Source: Psilocybe cubensis (taxonomy: Eukaryota). From it: a stretch of DNA of 64,000 nucleotides. Within the stretch, counting starts at the first letter, position 1; each line of letters opens with the position of its first letter. The position numbers were made by a program, and so were the translations under genes. The notes under the pieces were generated by a model that worked only from the letters and a program-made list of their open reading frames with translations, did no database searches and was not told the DNA's origin. The stretch spans positions 2,666,001-2,730,000 of the forward strand of contig CM039001.1 in NCBI GenBank assembly GCA_017499595.2, given 5' to 3'. Positions 43,491-55,499 of this stretch are shown piece after piece.

Positions 43491-44358
43491 TTACAAAGCA
43501 AAGTAAAAAGATACCCAGAGCAATGCAACAGACATTCCAAACATTAATCCACTATCGGCTGACTTGATCCCCGAGGAGACGTTCGCATCCGTAGGTGAAG
43601 CAGATGAGCTGGTGGTACTACTGGTGGTTGATGGAATGGCAGTGACGGTGACCTGCGAAAAGGAAGAAGTGGGCAGTGTTGATGTTGGAGTCACTGTAGT
43701 CTGCTGAATTGCAGAAGTAGGATTGGGTGAAGCGGAATTTTTTGTAGCCGTTTGCGGGAGGGATAACTGGGACTGTGTAGATGGTCTCCTGCTGACAGAG
43801 GATAGACCTCTGTTTGGGTTCTGTCCCGGGAACGTAAGCTTCGGCAAAGCAATCCCAACGGAGGCACAATCATTAATCAAAGCTGCAGATAATAGAGTTG
43901 ATAAGTAAGAGCATTTCTTAGAGAGCGGGGAACATGCCATCAATAAGCTGTTGGGGTTCGCTAAAGTTCGTCTCGTTGTCCAAGTTCTCCAGACAATTAA
44001 AGCAGTTAAAATAGGACATTTCGAATGAGGCTGAACAACATGTGTTGATTGGGCAACTCTATGAGGAGGACAGCGACATATCATATTAGGTTATACCTTG
44101 ATGTGTTCAAAACAATGTACAACATACATTCAAAGCAAGAATTGGGGTTACGGTGTTGCAATCGGATGCGCATTGCGGAGGAACATCAGGGATGCCACCA
44201 GGAGCTTGCCTCTTGTTGTGGTGCGAAATGACTATTCTCCTCGTGAACAAAGAGAGTACATTCCTGGTCTCTACTAATCCTGCTGCCTCGGAGATGTTGA
44301 CCGTCGCTATTAATCCTGCAAGGATAAACATATGGAAAAGAAATCCTAGACGGAGCAT
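43491..44358 (-). CDS. Secreted, probably GPI-anchored 8-cysteine (CFEM-like) cell-surface protein, 3 exons
   Basis: Hydrophobic N-terminus, KR site, PQCASDC..SCPINTCC..NCFNC..NDC, S/T-rich stalk, hydrophobic C-terminal tail. Confidence 0.82.
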
Positions 44359-44770
44359 TGCTATTCAAGAAATACAGGTGCAAGAGACGAGTGTTGATTA
44401 AAAAGGAGCAGAGGGGCTTATGTGGGGAGGCTATTTCTTGTTCATTCCCAGGAATCCAGATGAATCATGCGACACGTACGCAAGAAGTCAAGAACCGACG
44501 CAAGGTTGACAGAATTCACTAGAAGCATGATACGGACGAGAATTGGTGTTCACTAAGGTCTCTGTTGAACGATGTAGTTGGATGTGGACTTGGATCCGTT
44601 TCAAAGTCAACTACAAGGTTGCCAAGCCACACAGTCGCTCGGGTTAGGGTCAAAGTTACTGAGGAGGGAATGGGACCATCATTGCTCAGCACTACCAGCT
44701 TCATTCAAACGCTCTCTGCATAGTTCTGAACATCAAGAGGAAATGGTTAGAGACCCTTTCTGAGGCTTCG

Positions 44771-45551
44771 ATGGATGTCAACGAACACAAGAAATGGATG
44801 CAAGAAGCTATGGCGATGGTATGTCCTTCAACGTGCATCCATTTGGCGCATTGCATTAATCTTCAGTAACCAGGCAGAAGAGGCACTGGAGGCTGGAGAG
44901 GTGCCAGTTGGTTGCGTCTTTGTAAGAGATGGTGCAATCATAGCTAAAGCCAGGAATCGCACGAACGAACTACGCAATGTACGATCCACAACTTATGATT
45001 ATACGCACCTTCAATCTGAGATTGTGTAAGGCAACAAGACATGCAGAACTAGAGGCTATCGATAGCATTCTTTCCGACAAAAACCTCACCCCAGAAATAA
45101 AGCAATACCCACTATCTGCGACAAAACTCTACGTTACGGTCGAGCCCTGCATCATGTGCGCCTCCGCTCTGAGGCAAATGGGAATCAAAGAAGTGTATTA
45201 CGGGTGTGCCAATGATAGATTCGGGGGATGTGGTAGTGTCTTGGGTGTCAATGAAAAGTCAGTTTAGTTTTCGATTTTGACAAGTACTGCCACGGTAATC
45301 GCTAACGGACTCACAGACTTCCTCATCCTTTTCATCCCGGTTATTCTGCCCAGGGTGGGTTTTGTCGCGAAGAAGCCATCATGGTTTTGCGTCGGTTCTA
45401 TATCACGGAGAATGTCAATGGTATTTTCACACAAAGTTCAGAAATAATGTTGTCCATTACACTCATCCCCTCGATTCCAGCTCCCATCCCAAAATCCAAA
45501 GCTAATCGCGTCCTCAAAACCGAAATTGTTCCTGTCACACTGCCGCATTAG
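44771..45551 (+). CDS. TAD2: tRNA A34 adenosine deaminase catalytic subunit Tad2
   Basis: [51 protein letters not shown]. Confidence 0.95.
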
Positions 45552-48500
45552 TGTCTTCATCAAACGGCAAACTGTGATTTGACTCCCTCTTACCCTTGAA
45601 GCGTGTTTCCTTATCCGTTCAAACAATGGGAATCTGCAGTCGGCTTGGGACAGCTTCGCAGAAAATACCGATCCGTGACATTGAACGCAATATCATGGGA
45701 AACCCCAGCAAGACGTATTTCGAACTGTCGAGGAAAGTTTAAGTTGTGTGTGACCAGCAACAAAACCCAGTGGAATAAACCACTGGCTTGTATGACCTTT
45801 TGTAAGCATGGTCCACTGACCATAAGATCACATCCTATATCTGTGCCTGGTATCGACGCTGAACGCTGAATACCACCCCAAACAAGTCTGTCACCTCACC
45901 TTTAGTCCAGCGAGGTAAGCTGATGTGGGGTGAGATATCGCATGGAGCGCTGCTGGCGTGCACAAACTTTTCTTACTTGGTTGCTCTCTATATCTGTTGT
46001 TCCTTTTTATCTCCTTATGGCGTATGTACTGAGGTTTCCTATTTCAAGCATACTGTGTGTATCGGCGGAATTTCGCAGCGCAGACAACGATTCATCAATG
46101 ACGGCCCCCATCCAGACATAGATTCTGGGCTTTCTCCGCAAAGTCGTGGGTTTCAGGCGAATATTCCTATCCAGGAGAATCATGGGCAATGTTATAACGT
46201 TCTAGCTAAGTATGTCATTATCGAGCATACCCCGTCTTTGAATATCAACACCCGATGATATAACTTCCCCGGCAGCGCAACTGAGAATATAACAAGATAT
46301 AACACTGGTTTAGTTCAGGACTACGCTTGTGTGGCAATTATGCCACGAGCGGATCTGAAGTTTATCGAGACTAAGTCGATACTATACCTTTGTGTATAAT
46401 TCCTCATGTACGCCTAAGCTCATATTTTTTCTTAAACAGCAATTCTGGTCTTATCTGGAACTAGGAGAATTTGAGGCTTTCCGCACGGCCAAAGAGCTGA
46501 TTTTTATGATTATGTACCTTGCATCATGAGTTCAACTCTAGGTACAAATGACCATGCACTAGACAAATGTCGTAGCCAAAGATTGCACCGCACTTGTCCA
46601 TATGCCGAGTCGAACGTCTGACCAAAGTTCATAATATTAGTATGTATTAATTTCATCCAATCTAAACACAACACCGTTTAATCCTTTAATTCAGTTTTCC
46701 TTGCTTATCAATGGAGGAAGAGAAATGAAATATCATCTAAAATTTCTGACATTACTTGCTGCAGACAACGGTCCGGGTGATATTAGATTGGTATTTCCCA
46801 ATTTGATCGTTCCTCCGTCGATTCGTATGAATCTCACATCTTCCCTCAAAAGGAGTTGTTCAGTGAGTTTCGGACTCGGTACGGCTCACCGAAGTATTCA
46901 CCGTTTCGACTATTCAAATTTCAATACCAGTCGGTTATATATTTTGCACATAGTAACTGTCACTCAATTTAGTAATACAGCGCCATTATGCCTCAATATT
47001 CTCCCCTTTACATGAGAGATTTCCCTCCCAATGGGATTACTGTGAAGAAACGGAAGACGGCCTCCATTTGAGTACCACTGCATTGACAAAATTTGTTGGA
47101 ACTACGCACGACCATCAACATACAAGTCTTCAATCATTCGTTATTCTACCTATTATGTAACGCTCATCATAGATCGGATGCACCCTGGACATTAACTTTA
47201 ATAGAAACATAGAACTCACTCATGACGTTTTACAACGTTTGCCATCACTTTGGGTCCACAAGATAAATCCTTCAGAGTCTCAGGGTGTTGAAGGTTTCTG
47301 GTGAAACAGTGCAAAGAGGTATCTCCCTAAATAATCATAATGCTTGAGTTTACCCAGCTTGTTGTGAGACTAATCGAGCGCATTTTCCAGAGTACTATTG
47401 TGTTGAACACGACACAATGCTTCAATGAGCTAGGACACTATTTTGACTCCTTTTAATCATCTCCTTTAGTATTTATATTTATAAGAATAACTTACCCCAT
47501 ATGGAAAATATTCCAAGCAGGCGCCCACCGATTTCCGACTCGGACAATCGAATTGCCCTCATCTCTGCAAGTTGTGGCATGTACTGATAGGTTCCCTTAA
47601 ATGATCTGACCGAATGATTGTAGCATGTCACATTTTTTGAAAGTTAAATATGATATGTGAAAGATAAAGGATGGGCGGCGTCACCGGCCACATCATAATA
47701 TCTAGATCAAGTCTAGATAACGCGGCTTGGCGGCCACAGTAGAAAATAGATTTGTGGTTCAATGAATACACATTGATACAATCGATCATTAGGAAGGTAT
47801 GCCAGCAGCGTCATCTATGATTTATTTCTATATTCACTTCCATATATCCCAGATTCCATTGGAATGTACTTTTGCAGTAACTTTGGCCTCTGGGCACCTT
47901 ATGCTAACCCGTGAGCCAAATGATCTCCTTCTGGGAGTCGGTCATGATTGCATCCCTAAGGGACAACAACAGGTGGCATCTTGTGGTCTACTGAAACGTG
48001 ACGGCGCCTTACTAAATCCCATCAATGTATAAGCAACACGAAAATGTCAAACGAAGACTTCATATTCTTCTTGATCTCGTCCTATCATTACAGTAACAAA
48101 CGGATATGATATCTTGACACCGACAAAAGAATACTCTCTTCTCGTCTTCTAGAAACCCGAAAAGACTCCAACCGGAAAGTCGATATAGTTTATTATCCTT
48201 CTTTCACGCATGTGCTCGAGACGATGCTACTAGCGTGCCTTAATTGCTTCCCACATATGACGCAGCAGTACCTGACAATGCGAAATTAATTTGAATTCGG
48301 AATGTAGCTATTTCCGGGCGCCTCATTAGGATTGAGTAGTAGCCATGTACTTCCTGTTAGGCTGTTTGGGACATTCCAAATTCCTGTTGTAATTCGAACT
48401 GGAGTGCGTCGGGATACTAATTAAACAGTGCTATATTCTGCTTTCAGCCTCGTGGCGCGGAGGCTTGTTGCTTATGAGCGGCTTCACATTGTACATACTT

Positions 48501-50690
48501 TTAATTGGAGTTTATTAATAAGCCACTTTTCCTCGATGATTCGAATTAGATGTAAATTATGAGCCTGCATGTGGAAATTTCAATTTACACCGTGAAGCGC
48601 GGTGGCATATGTTCAATATTGACTCTTTCATAATGTCACACCTTTATGTACATGCAACTACTTATAGTTTCTATTACTGGATCAATCACCACAGGAAAAC
48701 GGACAAACGACGGCACTCCGTTCTGAGGGGCAAGTTCCTGGGCGGCTGGGCCCAGTAAAATCGATTATGAGTATCACAGAGGGAGTTCTAGTCCATTTGT
48801 ATATCTGAGCTCTCCTCTTTACCAATATTGTCCCACAGATTTTTTTTTAAAACTTGAATGTTGCTGCCAGTTCTGTTGTATCTCTCAAGGATGCATCACA
48901 TCAACGGAGCTTTGTGTCCAATGAAACAAAATCCGTGTTGGCAGAAAGGGTCTGATAGTCATCTTATGACACTTTTCCCATTGTTCCCCGCTATCGAGCC
49001 CAGATACTTCTGGACGAATGTCAGAAAAGGTCTTATTAATACACGACTGTTAAAAACCTGACTTGTGGACCCTGTGCAGCTAGATCGTATCGCTGAAGTG
49101 TTGTATTTTGATATTATTATATCACTTGTAGGATCCGAAATGCTATGATTGTTCTCAATGGTCTGAGAGATATCAGATAATCTGATTGAGTGGAGGTTGT
49201 GTTCCAAGAGTCCTATTTTTGTCCTATGCCGCCTTCCATGCCGACGCACCCTGTTAATGCAACTGACTCCGATCCTAATCTTCAATGCATTACTGCCCTC
49301 GTGGGACTATGGTTCCCCATTTTTAACTATGTTCTCTGGAGAATGAAAATCATTCTCACTGAGCTGTCCCAAGCCCGCCTGGAGGGATGACCATCTCCTA
49401 TTGCCAGGATTTCGGCTGTAACTAATGCCGACAGCACAACTGTGCAGTTAACCTTCTCTTCTACAGTGTTCAAGTTCAAATACACAAATATAGAAGTCAT
49501 CTGTGTTTTCGGGGAGTCATTTCAACGACAGAGCGCCGAGTTTATTGCTTTGCGGATATATCAGGAAAGGTATCCTCCTTCCCAATTACCATGCAGTGAG
49601 TTGAGTTTCCCCTAGGATAGATAAGAATAACAAGTATGTCTAATGGGTGCCCCTTACCCCAGTGGTTACAAGTTTAAATAGCGTGAAAATATGCGACGTG
49701 CGATCTCACGTGGTCATACTTTGCTGGGAATCTAGTGGAATAACACTTGTACTTGAATAAAACTGACAGAGGCCCGTCGTTAAGTATATCCCACTTTATG
49801 GTGAACACAAATAAACCATCATATGTCCTGGCTTAGTATTATATAGCATGATTTAAATAGCAAGCTCATAAATTTTGCGGCCAATAATACATTGAAACGG
49901 CACTTCCAGGAAAAATGGTGATCATTTGGTGGTATAGTATTCAGTACATTCTGGCCTTTCTTTGTCTCTCCTAGACAGGCTTAATACTAGTATGATGTGA
50001 CGCGTTCACGGGCTTTTCTTGCATTGACAAAGTTGCATGGGCGGAAATGCATGTCAGAGCCAGCCAATTAAGACCACTCAGGCAAAGGCTCGTGTCCATC
50101 CTGTATACGAGGGGTCGTGTATAACGGGGATTTCCCGACATTCCTTTCTCTTATACAGACTAGTCACAGGTCGAGTCCATGCCGTAGAAAACCCGGATTT
50201 GACATAGCACTTACTTACATGTGACCTGAAATTTCACCTAGCGCTTATTTAGCTGACACGGACATGACGTTATATCAAACATATCCGTGTACTGCCAGTG
50301 TTGAACTTCTTCAGGCTGCCATGAGTGTGGAGTCGATCCCGTCTTAGACAAACTTTATCGGGTACTTCAGTGTGCGTAATGTAACACTAGAAGCGCAGAC
50401 TCCCAGATTCTCTCAATTAGAACTTGCGGTCATATCATTGAATAGGGTGTAATATAGATTCGGACACAAGTAGAATGACATTGTGGTGGTGGTGTTGTTT
50501 CTTTCGTAAACAAAGTAGAAAACTAGAGGCAGGTATTATACAAATATGCGACAGCAGTTCAAGTAACATGTTACAAATGACGGTCAAACTTCAAACATTA
50601 CTAGTTTACAACCAAAACAACAAACAAGAGAGCATACAGAAAAGTAACTCACGTATCCAATTATTAAAGAAATGTAGTCAGTAGACATTC

Positions 50691-53600
50691 CTACTGATCT
50701 CTTTTCTCCACGTAGGCGTGGAGATGATGTCCCCGATATAGAGGGATAAAATACTCCCTGAACTCGAGATCTTTCAACCTATACAGTTTATAGTGCCGGC
50801 CGTCCAAGAAGTGAATTGAGATGGGTGACGCAAAAAATATGGCGTCAGTAAAGGTATAGACACAGATGTAGCCAGAAAAAGAGAAGCGGGGAATGGAACA
50901 AGTCCCACAGGAGGGCAATGCTAAAATAGATAACAAGGTAAGAGACACGTACGAGGAGTGACCGTCGTCTGTGAGTTCTAGTTTGCGGAACATATTTCCC
51001 AGTATAAGGTAAAGCTCACACCATGCAAGGCTGAAAGGAAAAGTGGTCAGTTAGTTGTCGATTCTCTTCCCAACTAATGCCACGCCGAGAGATATGAAAA
51101 GACGCCGGAGTAACTTCTAAAGGTCCAAAACCTAAAACTCACTTGATGCCAATACACGCCCTCGGGCCCTTAGAGAATGCAACAAGGTACCGATCCAACG
51201 TCGCTGCCGAATCAGGTCGAAGCCACCGCTCAGGAATGAACTGCAAGGGATCCGGGAAGATATCCGGGTTGCGATGCATGATGGTATTTCCCATAGCTAT
51301 TGTTGTCTATTGGATGAAATCGTGGGTCAGCCTGAGTTCAGATTTTAATACAGGGTCTGGGATTGGGATAGAATCCAAAGTAAAGATAGGACGGATCCAA
51401 TTGAGGTGAATGAAATGTTAGAATTAGAACGAAGGAGACCAATCGTGGGCAACTTGAATCGGGAAACACTCGAAGAAAATTAGAATGTAAACATAGAAGA
51501 AGAACAGGCCCTCGTGGGAGAAGAATCCAGAATAAGAAATGCGTGCCCAATTTTTAGCAAAAGAGACTTGTGATTGAAGAAAAAGAATACACAGATGCTG
51601 ATCGAGACATTGTTTCGGAGAACCATCAACAAGAAAGAGGGACTTCGACCTCATTCGTCGAATGGCCAATGTCATAAAAATCATATGACGGACGCGTCTG
51701 TCACACACCCCCGTCCATCTCACGTTTCCCTTCCAGAAACGATATGAAAGCGATCAAAAAAAAAAAGCAGAAACGAAAGCTTGGGCGAAGTGCGCTCGTG
51801 TGAGAGATAAACATATGATCTAATAAACCATCACGGACGTTCTGAACATCCGAAGCAGCCTGATGATGTAAAATGGGCTTGCTACAGATTGAATGAGGAA
51901 CACAATATGAAAAGTGTAGAATTGAAGTTGAGAAAAGAAAAGGCGTCTCTGAGGCTGATGCCATGCTCGGCATTGCCTGCAGAGATGATCCAGATAAAAG
52001 CAAAAAGTAGGTCTTGAAAAACAGAAAACGCAAAAAGGAATGAAGGTGAGATTTATCCAACATTGCGGAACTAAGACAGTAAGAAGCCACCTTCTGGGTC
52101 CTTCTACAAGGACATGTTTCAAGGCTACCAAAATAAATTGGCTTGGTTAATCAGCAGACAATATAGCACCCAAGCCAGGCTCAGCTTGCAATGGATGATA
52201 CACGCCAGGAATTTTCTATAGGGGCTTCGCGAGGAACCGAAAGCCGTTCAAAGTCGTGCAAAGAATAGCTGCGTACGCCACATCCCAAATAGGAATAGGA
52301 GTGGCCCGATCGCCAGAGCTTGATTTAGTTATGAATGTCCCATAATTATCAGTTCTGGCGATCGTCCGTAGAGCCGAGAGCTGTGTGTCCAAGAAAGAAT
52401 AAATGTAAAGGATGCAAGACACCAGAATGCTTTATATGGGTTCGTTCAGCTTGGCTGACCATGTACAGGCACGCGAAAGCCCACAAATATGGCAGAGATG
52501 GGCAACAGTTACTGTTTAAGGAAAACAACAACACCCAATACAGGGAAAAACGCGCGACTGGAATTTGAAATAGCCAAACAGAGAGGATTTCAAAAGGAAC
52601 AAAAAGAAGAACAAAAGCGAAAGGAGAAAAAAGAAGGAATAGAATTTGAGAAGAATGAACAAGACTCACCCCTGGCGGAAGGGAAAGACCTGCGACAACA
52701 CCACCTGCGGGTCCGACGACTCGTGGCATTGGAGTCACAGTTCCCCAAGAAAGACGCAATGCTTCTTTGATAACGGCGGTCTGGAAAACTAGTGAGCATA
52801 GAGAGTTGCCGGCATTAAGCACAGAGAAAACACACCAGGTAAGGTAATTTTTCCAGTTCCTCATATCCCATCGGTTCATCGACGTCTGGCCACGCACCGA
52901 CAAGCTCGTCCACCAATCTTTTTTTGACAAATTGGTCTTTAAGAATGTAGAAACTTGCTAAGGTACATGCGTTGCCGACCGTCTCGCTCCCTGCGAAGCG
53001 CAGATTAAGGCCCTCATGCAGAAGCCATAGCCTCAACTGCGCTTTCTCTTGGGTTGTCATTTGCTGGCTTTCTTCCCGTTTAACACCTGGAAGGCCATGT
53101 TTCTGCCCCTGATGCTCAATGAAATAGTGATACATGGTTTCGTGCTCTGAGTTGGTAAGGGTTTGCGGGTTTTCGAGTATTTCATCAATCTGAGCCCCAA
53201 GCTGATTAGCCTGATCATAATATCCCTTGGTTGCGGGCATAAGTGCCAGGCCAATCCATTGGGGACAATTGTCGGTAAGCGTGCGCAGAATGGGGATATG
53301 CTTGAACAGCCAGCAAAGGTGAAGCGTTGCGTCCATAGAGATGGCGACAGGATGGGCAAAACCAGCGTAATCAAGCGCGTTGAAACATGAGCCGAAGCAG
53401 TACGATGTGACGACATCCAATGTTACCGAGCGAAGGGCGAGATGGAGGTCGGCTGCTTTGCTTGCCTTTTGATATGTCAGGAGTTGGGAAATGAGGTGGT
53501 CTACGTGTTTCTGTATTTCTTGTTCCAGTCTTAGCGTTGCCCGACGAGAGAACAGTGGCCCCAGGGCAGCACGATGCTTCTGCGCCTGATGGAAATCGGT

Positions 53601-54082
53601 CTGACCAAAGACGGATTTGGAGGAACCGAAACACCTATACATCTTCTCGTCCTTTGGAAATGTGGAGCCCGTACCGTATATGTCGGCATAGGCGTTCGGG
53701 TCGCTGAAGTGCAACTGTAGAGGCGATTAAGAAAACAATAAATCAATTAATTATGTCCCGAACCTCATTAGGGCCGACGCGAACAACGGTCCCTGAGATT
53801 GATAAGGGGCTGGTTAACAATGCAGTACGTCAAAGTGCTCGAAGAAACTGTACCGTATCGCTCGTGTAGAACATGGAGGTGCTCTGACCATTCGCCATCA
53901 CAAACAACATCGTAGTACGCTCTATAGAGCGAAGTGGAAGCTGCTAGCTTTGGACCAGGAATAATAGCCAACGGATGCCATGTCAATCTATACACAATCC
54001 TTGCAACAATGTAAAGCGGGATTAAGGCAATGGCAACGGGGAGGGCAGACTGCGCCGTAGGGGGGAAAGAGAAGTGGGACAT
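50691..54082 (-). CDS. Cytochrome P450 (trichodiene-oxygenase-like fungal type)
   Basis: HPLAIIPGPKL, VRVGPNELHFSDP, I-helix FAGSET, EALR (ExxR), PERW, heme motif FSKGPRACIG; contains a 1363-nt intron. Confidence 0.93.
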
Positions 54083-55499
54083 GGTCTGCGCTGGTTCGCT
54101 TGTCTTTCCACAAACTATTATAACAATGCTGGCGGTAGATCGTTCTTCTTGATACCGAAAAGGAAGGCCTGGAGGCGAAGATCCTGATTCACTCCTGTCA
54201 GTGCGTGCTGTGGGCCGGATTGATTATCAGGCAGAAAATGTGTCAATAACGTCCGCCACCTCTTCATTACCGTTGTCTACATGACGATCTTAGCCTCAGG
54301 GCTTAGCAAGTTAAGGAAAGACATGTTTCCTAGAATGGTTGGTGACTTCTTGCTTTCTGTCTTGTCCATTGTCGAAAAACACGCTGCTGCACAGAGTTGC
54401 CTCGTGGGCTTGATGTTGATAGGTATAGGTGTACACAATCTAGCCGATACGGCCGTGATCATTGTTCATGGTCCATGGACCTTCTCACCTGATCACCATC
54501 ATTTATTGTTTGCAAACTAGCTGGCGAAAAACGGCTGTACGATTTATGGTTTTGCAATCCTTTGTGGGTCCTTTGTGGTCCCATTGACTCGCTGGAAGAA
54601 AGTCTTTCAAAAAGTGCAGTCAGTCGCCCCTTGGCTTTTTGTGGCACTGTGTTGAGGTCAGTAATTATGCGAAATTGAGGCTTAGGCCCCATACCTTCAA
54701 GGTGGAACCCCTTTTACAATTTACAATCGACACCACTCAAGTTGCCCAGACTCACGAAGAAATGTATACCATGGCCTGATTCGACAGGGACTCTACACAT
54801 AGTACTGTATGTGAAATATCCTCTGCAATTGTATATAATTTGAAATGGAGAGTAAATGTTCGAACTGGCTCCCATTACTCACCCAGCATACCAGGAATAT
54901 ACACAATTATAAGCCTACCTTGATCTATAACATGAACATGTGTATGCGAATGATAGTTGCGAGGCAGTTTTGTGCAGTGGCTATTACCGGGCATTGGTCT
55001 TCTTTTGTCTGGCAGTGTTTTCCAAACCGCGCACTGAGCCAAGACATTGACAATTTCAGATTGAATTTGAACAGGTTGAGGGACATCGCTCCGTACAACA
55101 AACGGAAATTGTGTATACGGTGCATGCAATTAGGTGTAAACAGGTACCCAACCGAAGAATGCAAATTTGCAAGGGACGATGAGGTCGGGTTCAATTCTCT
55201 CTATGTTCTGTAGCTAGGAACTGATGGCTTCCACTCTGAGCTTCAAACAACGTGCATGGGCGAGAGTCCGGCGTGACTGGACTTTCTGGAGAGCAAATGA
55301 GTGCATGGCTCTCACAGTAAGTAATTGTAGACTACAGACAGACGAACTCTGAGCTGGAGATTGATGTGGTGCAGTACGCCAGTCTACGCGGGGCACGGTC
55401 AAACACGTGATCAGGCATCTTACCCTTCAGCCTTTCGCCGTGTCCACCAGCACACTCGTTCTGTTGTCGTCTTGCGAATCCTAACCACTGCGCCCAGGA

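Noticed and set aside
51856-51957. Plus-strand TGATGA...CTGA flanked by CAGCC/GGCTG, resembling a box C/D snoRNA
   Set aside because: Antisense to the host intron, wrong kink-turn spacing, purine-run interior with no recognisable rRNA guide; better explained as a sense-strand stem
51307-52669. TPP riboswitch or telomerase RNA in the long P450 intron
   Set aside because: No CUGAGA/UGAACCUGAU/AGCG aptamer core and no CUAACCCUAA template found by eye
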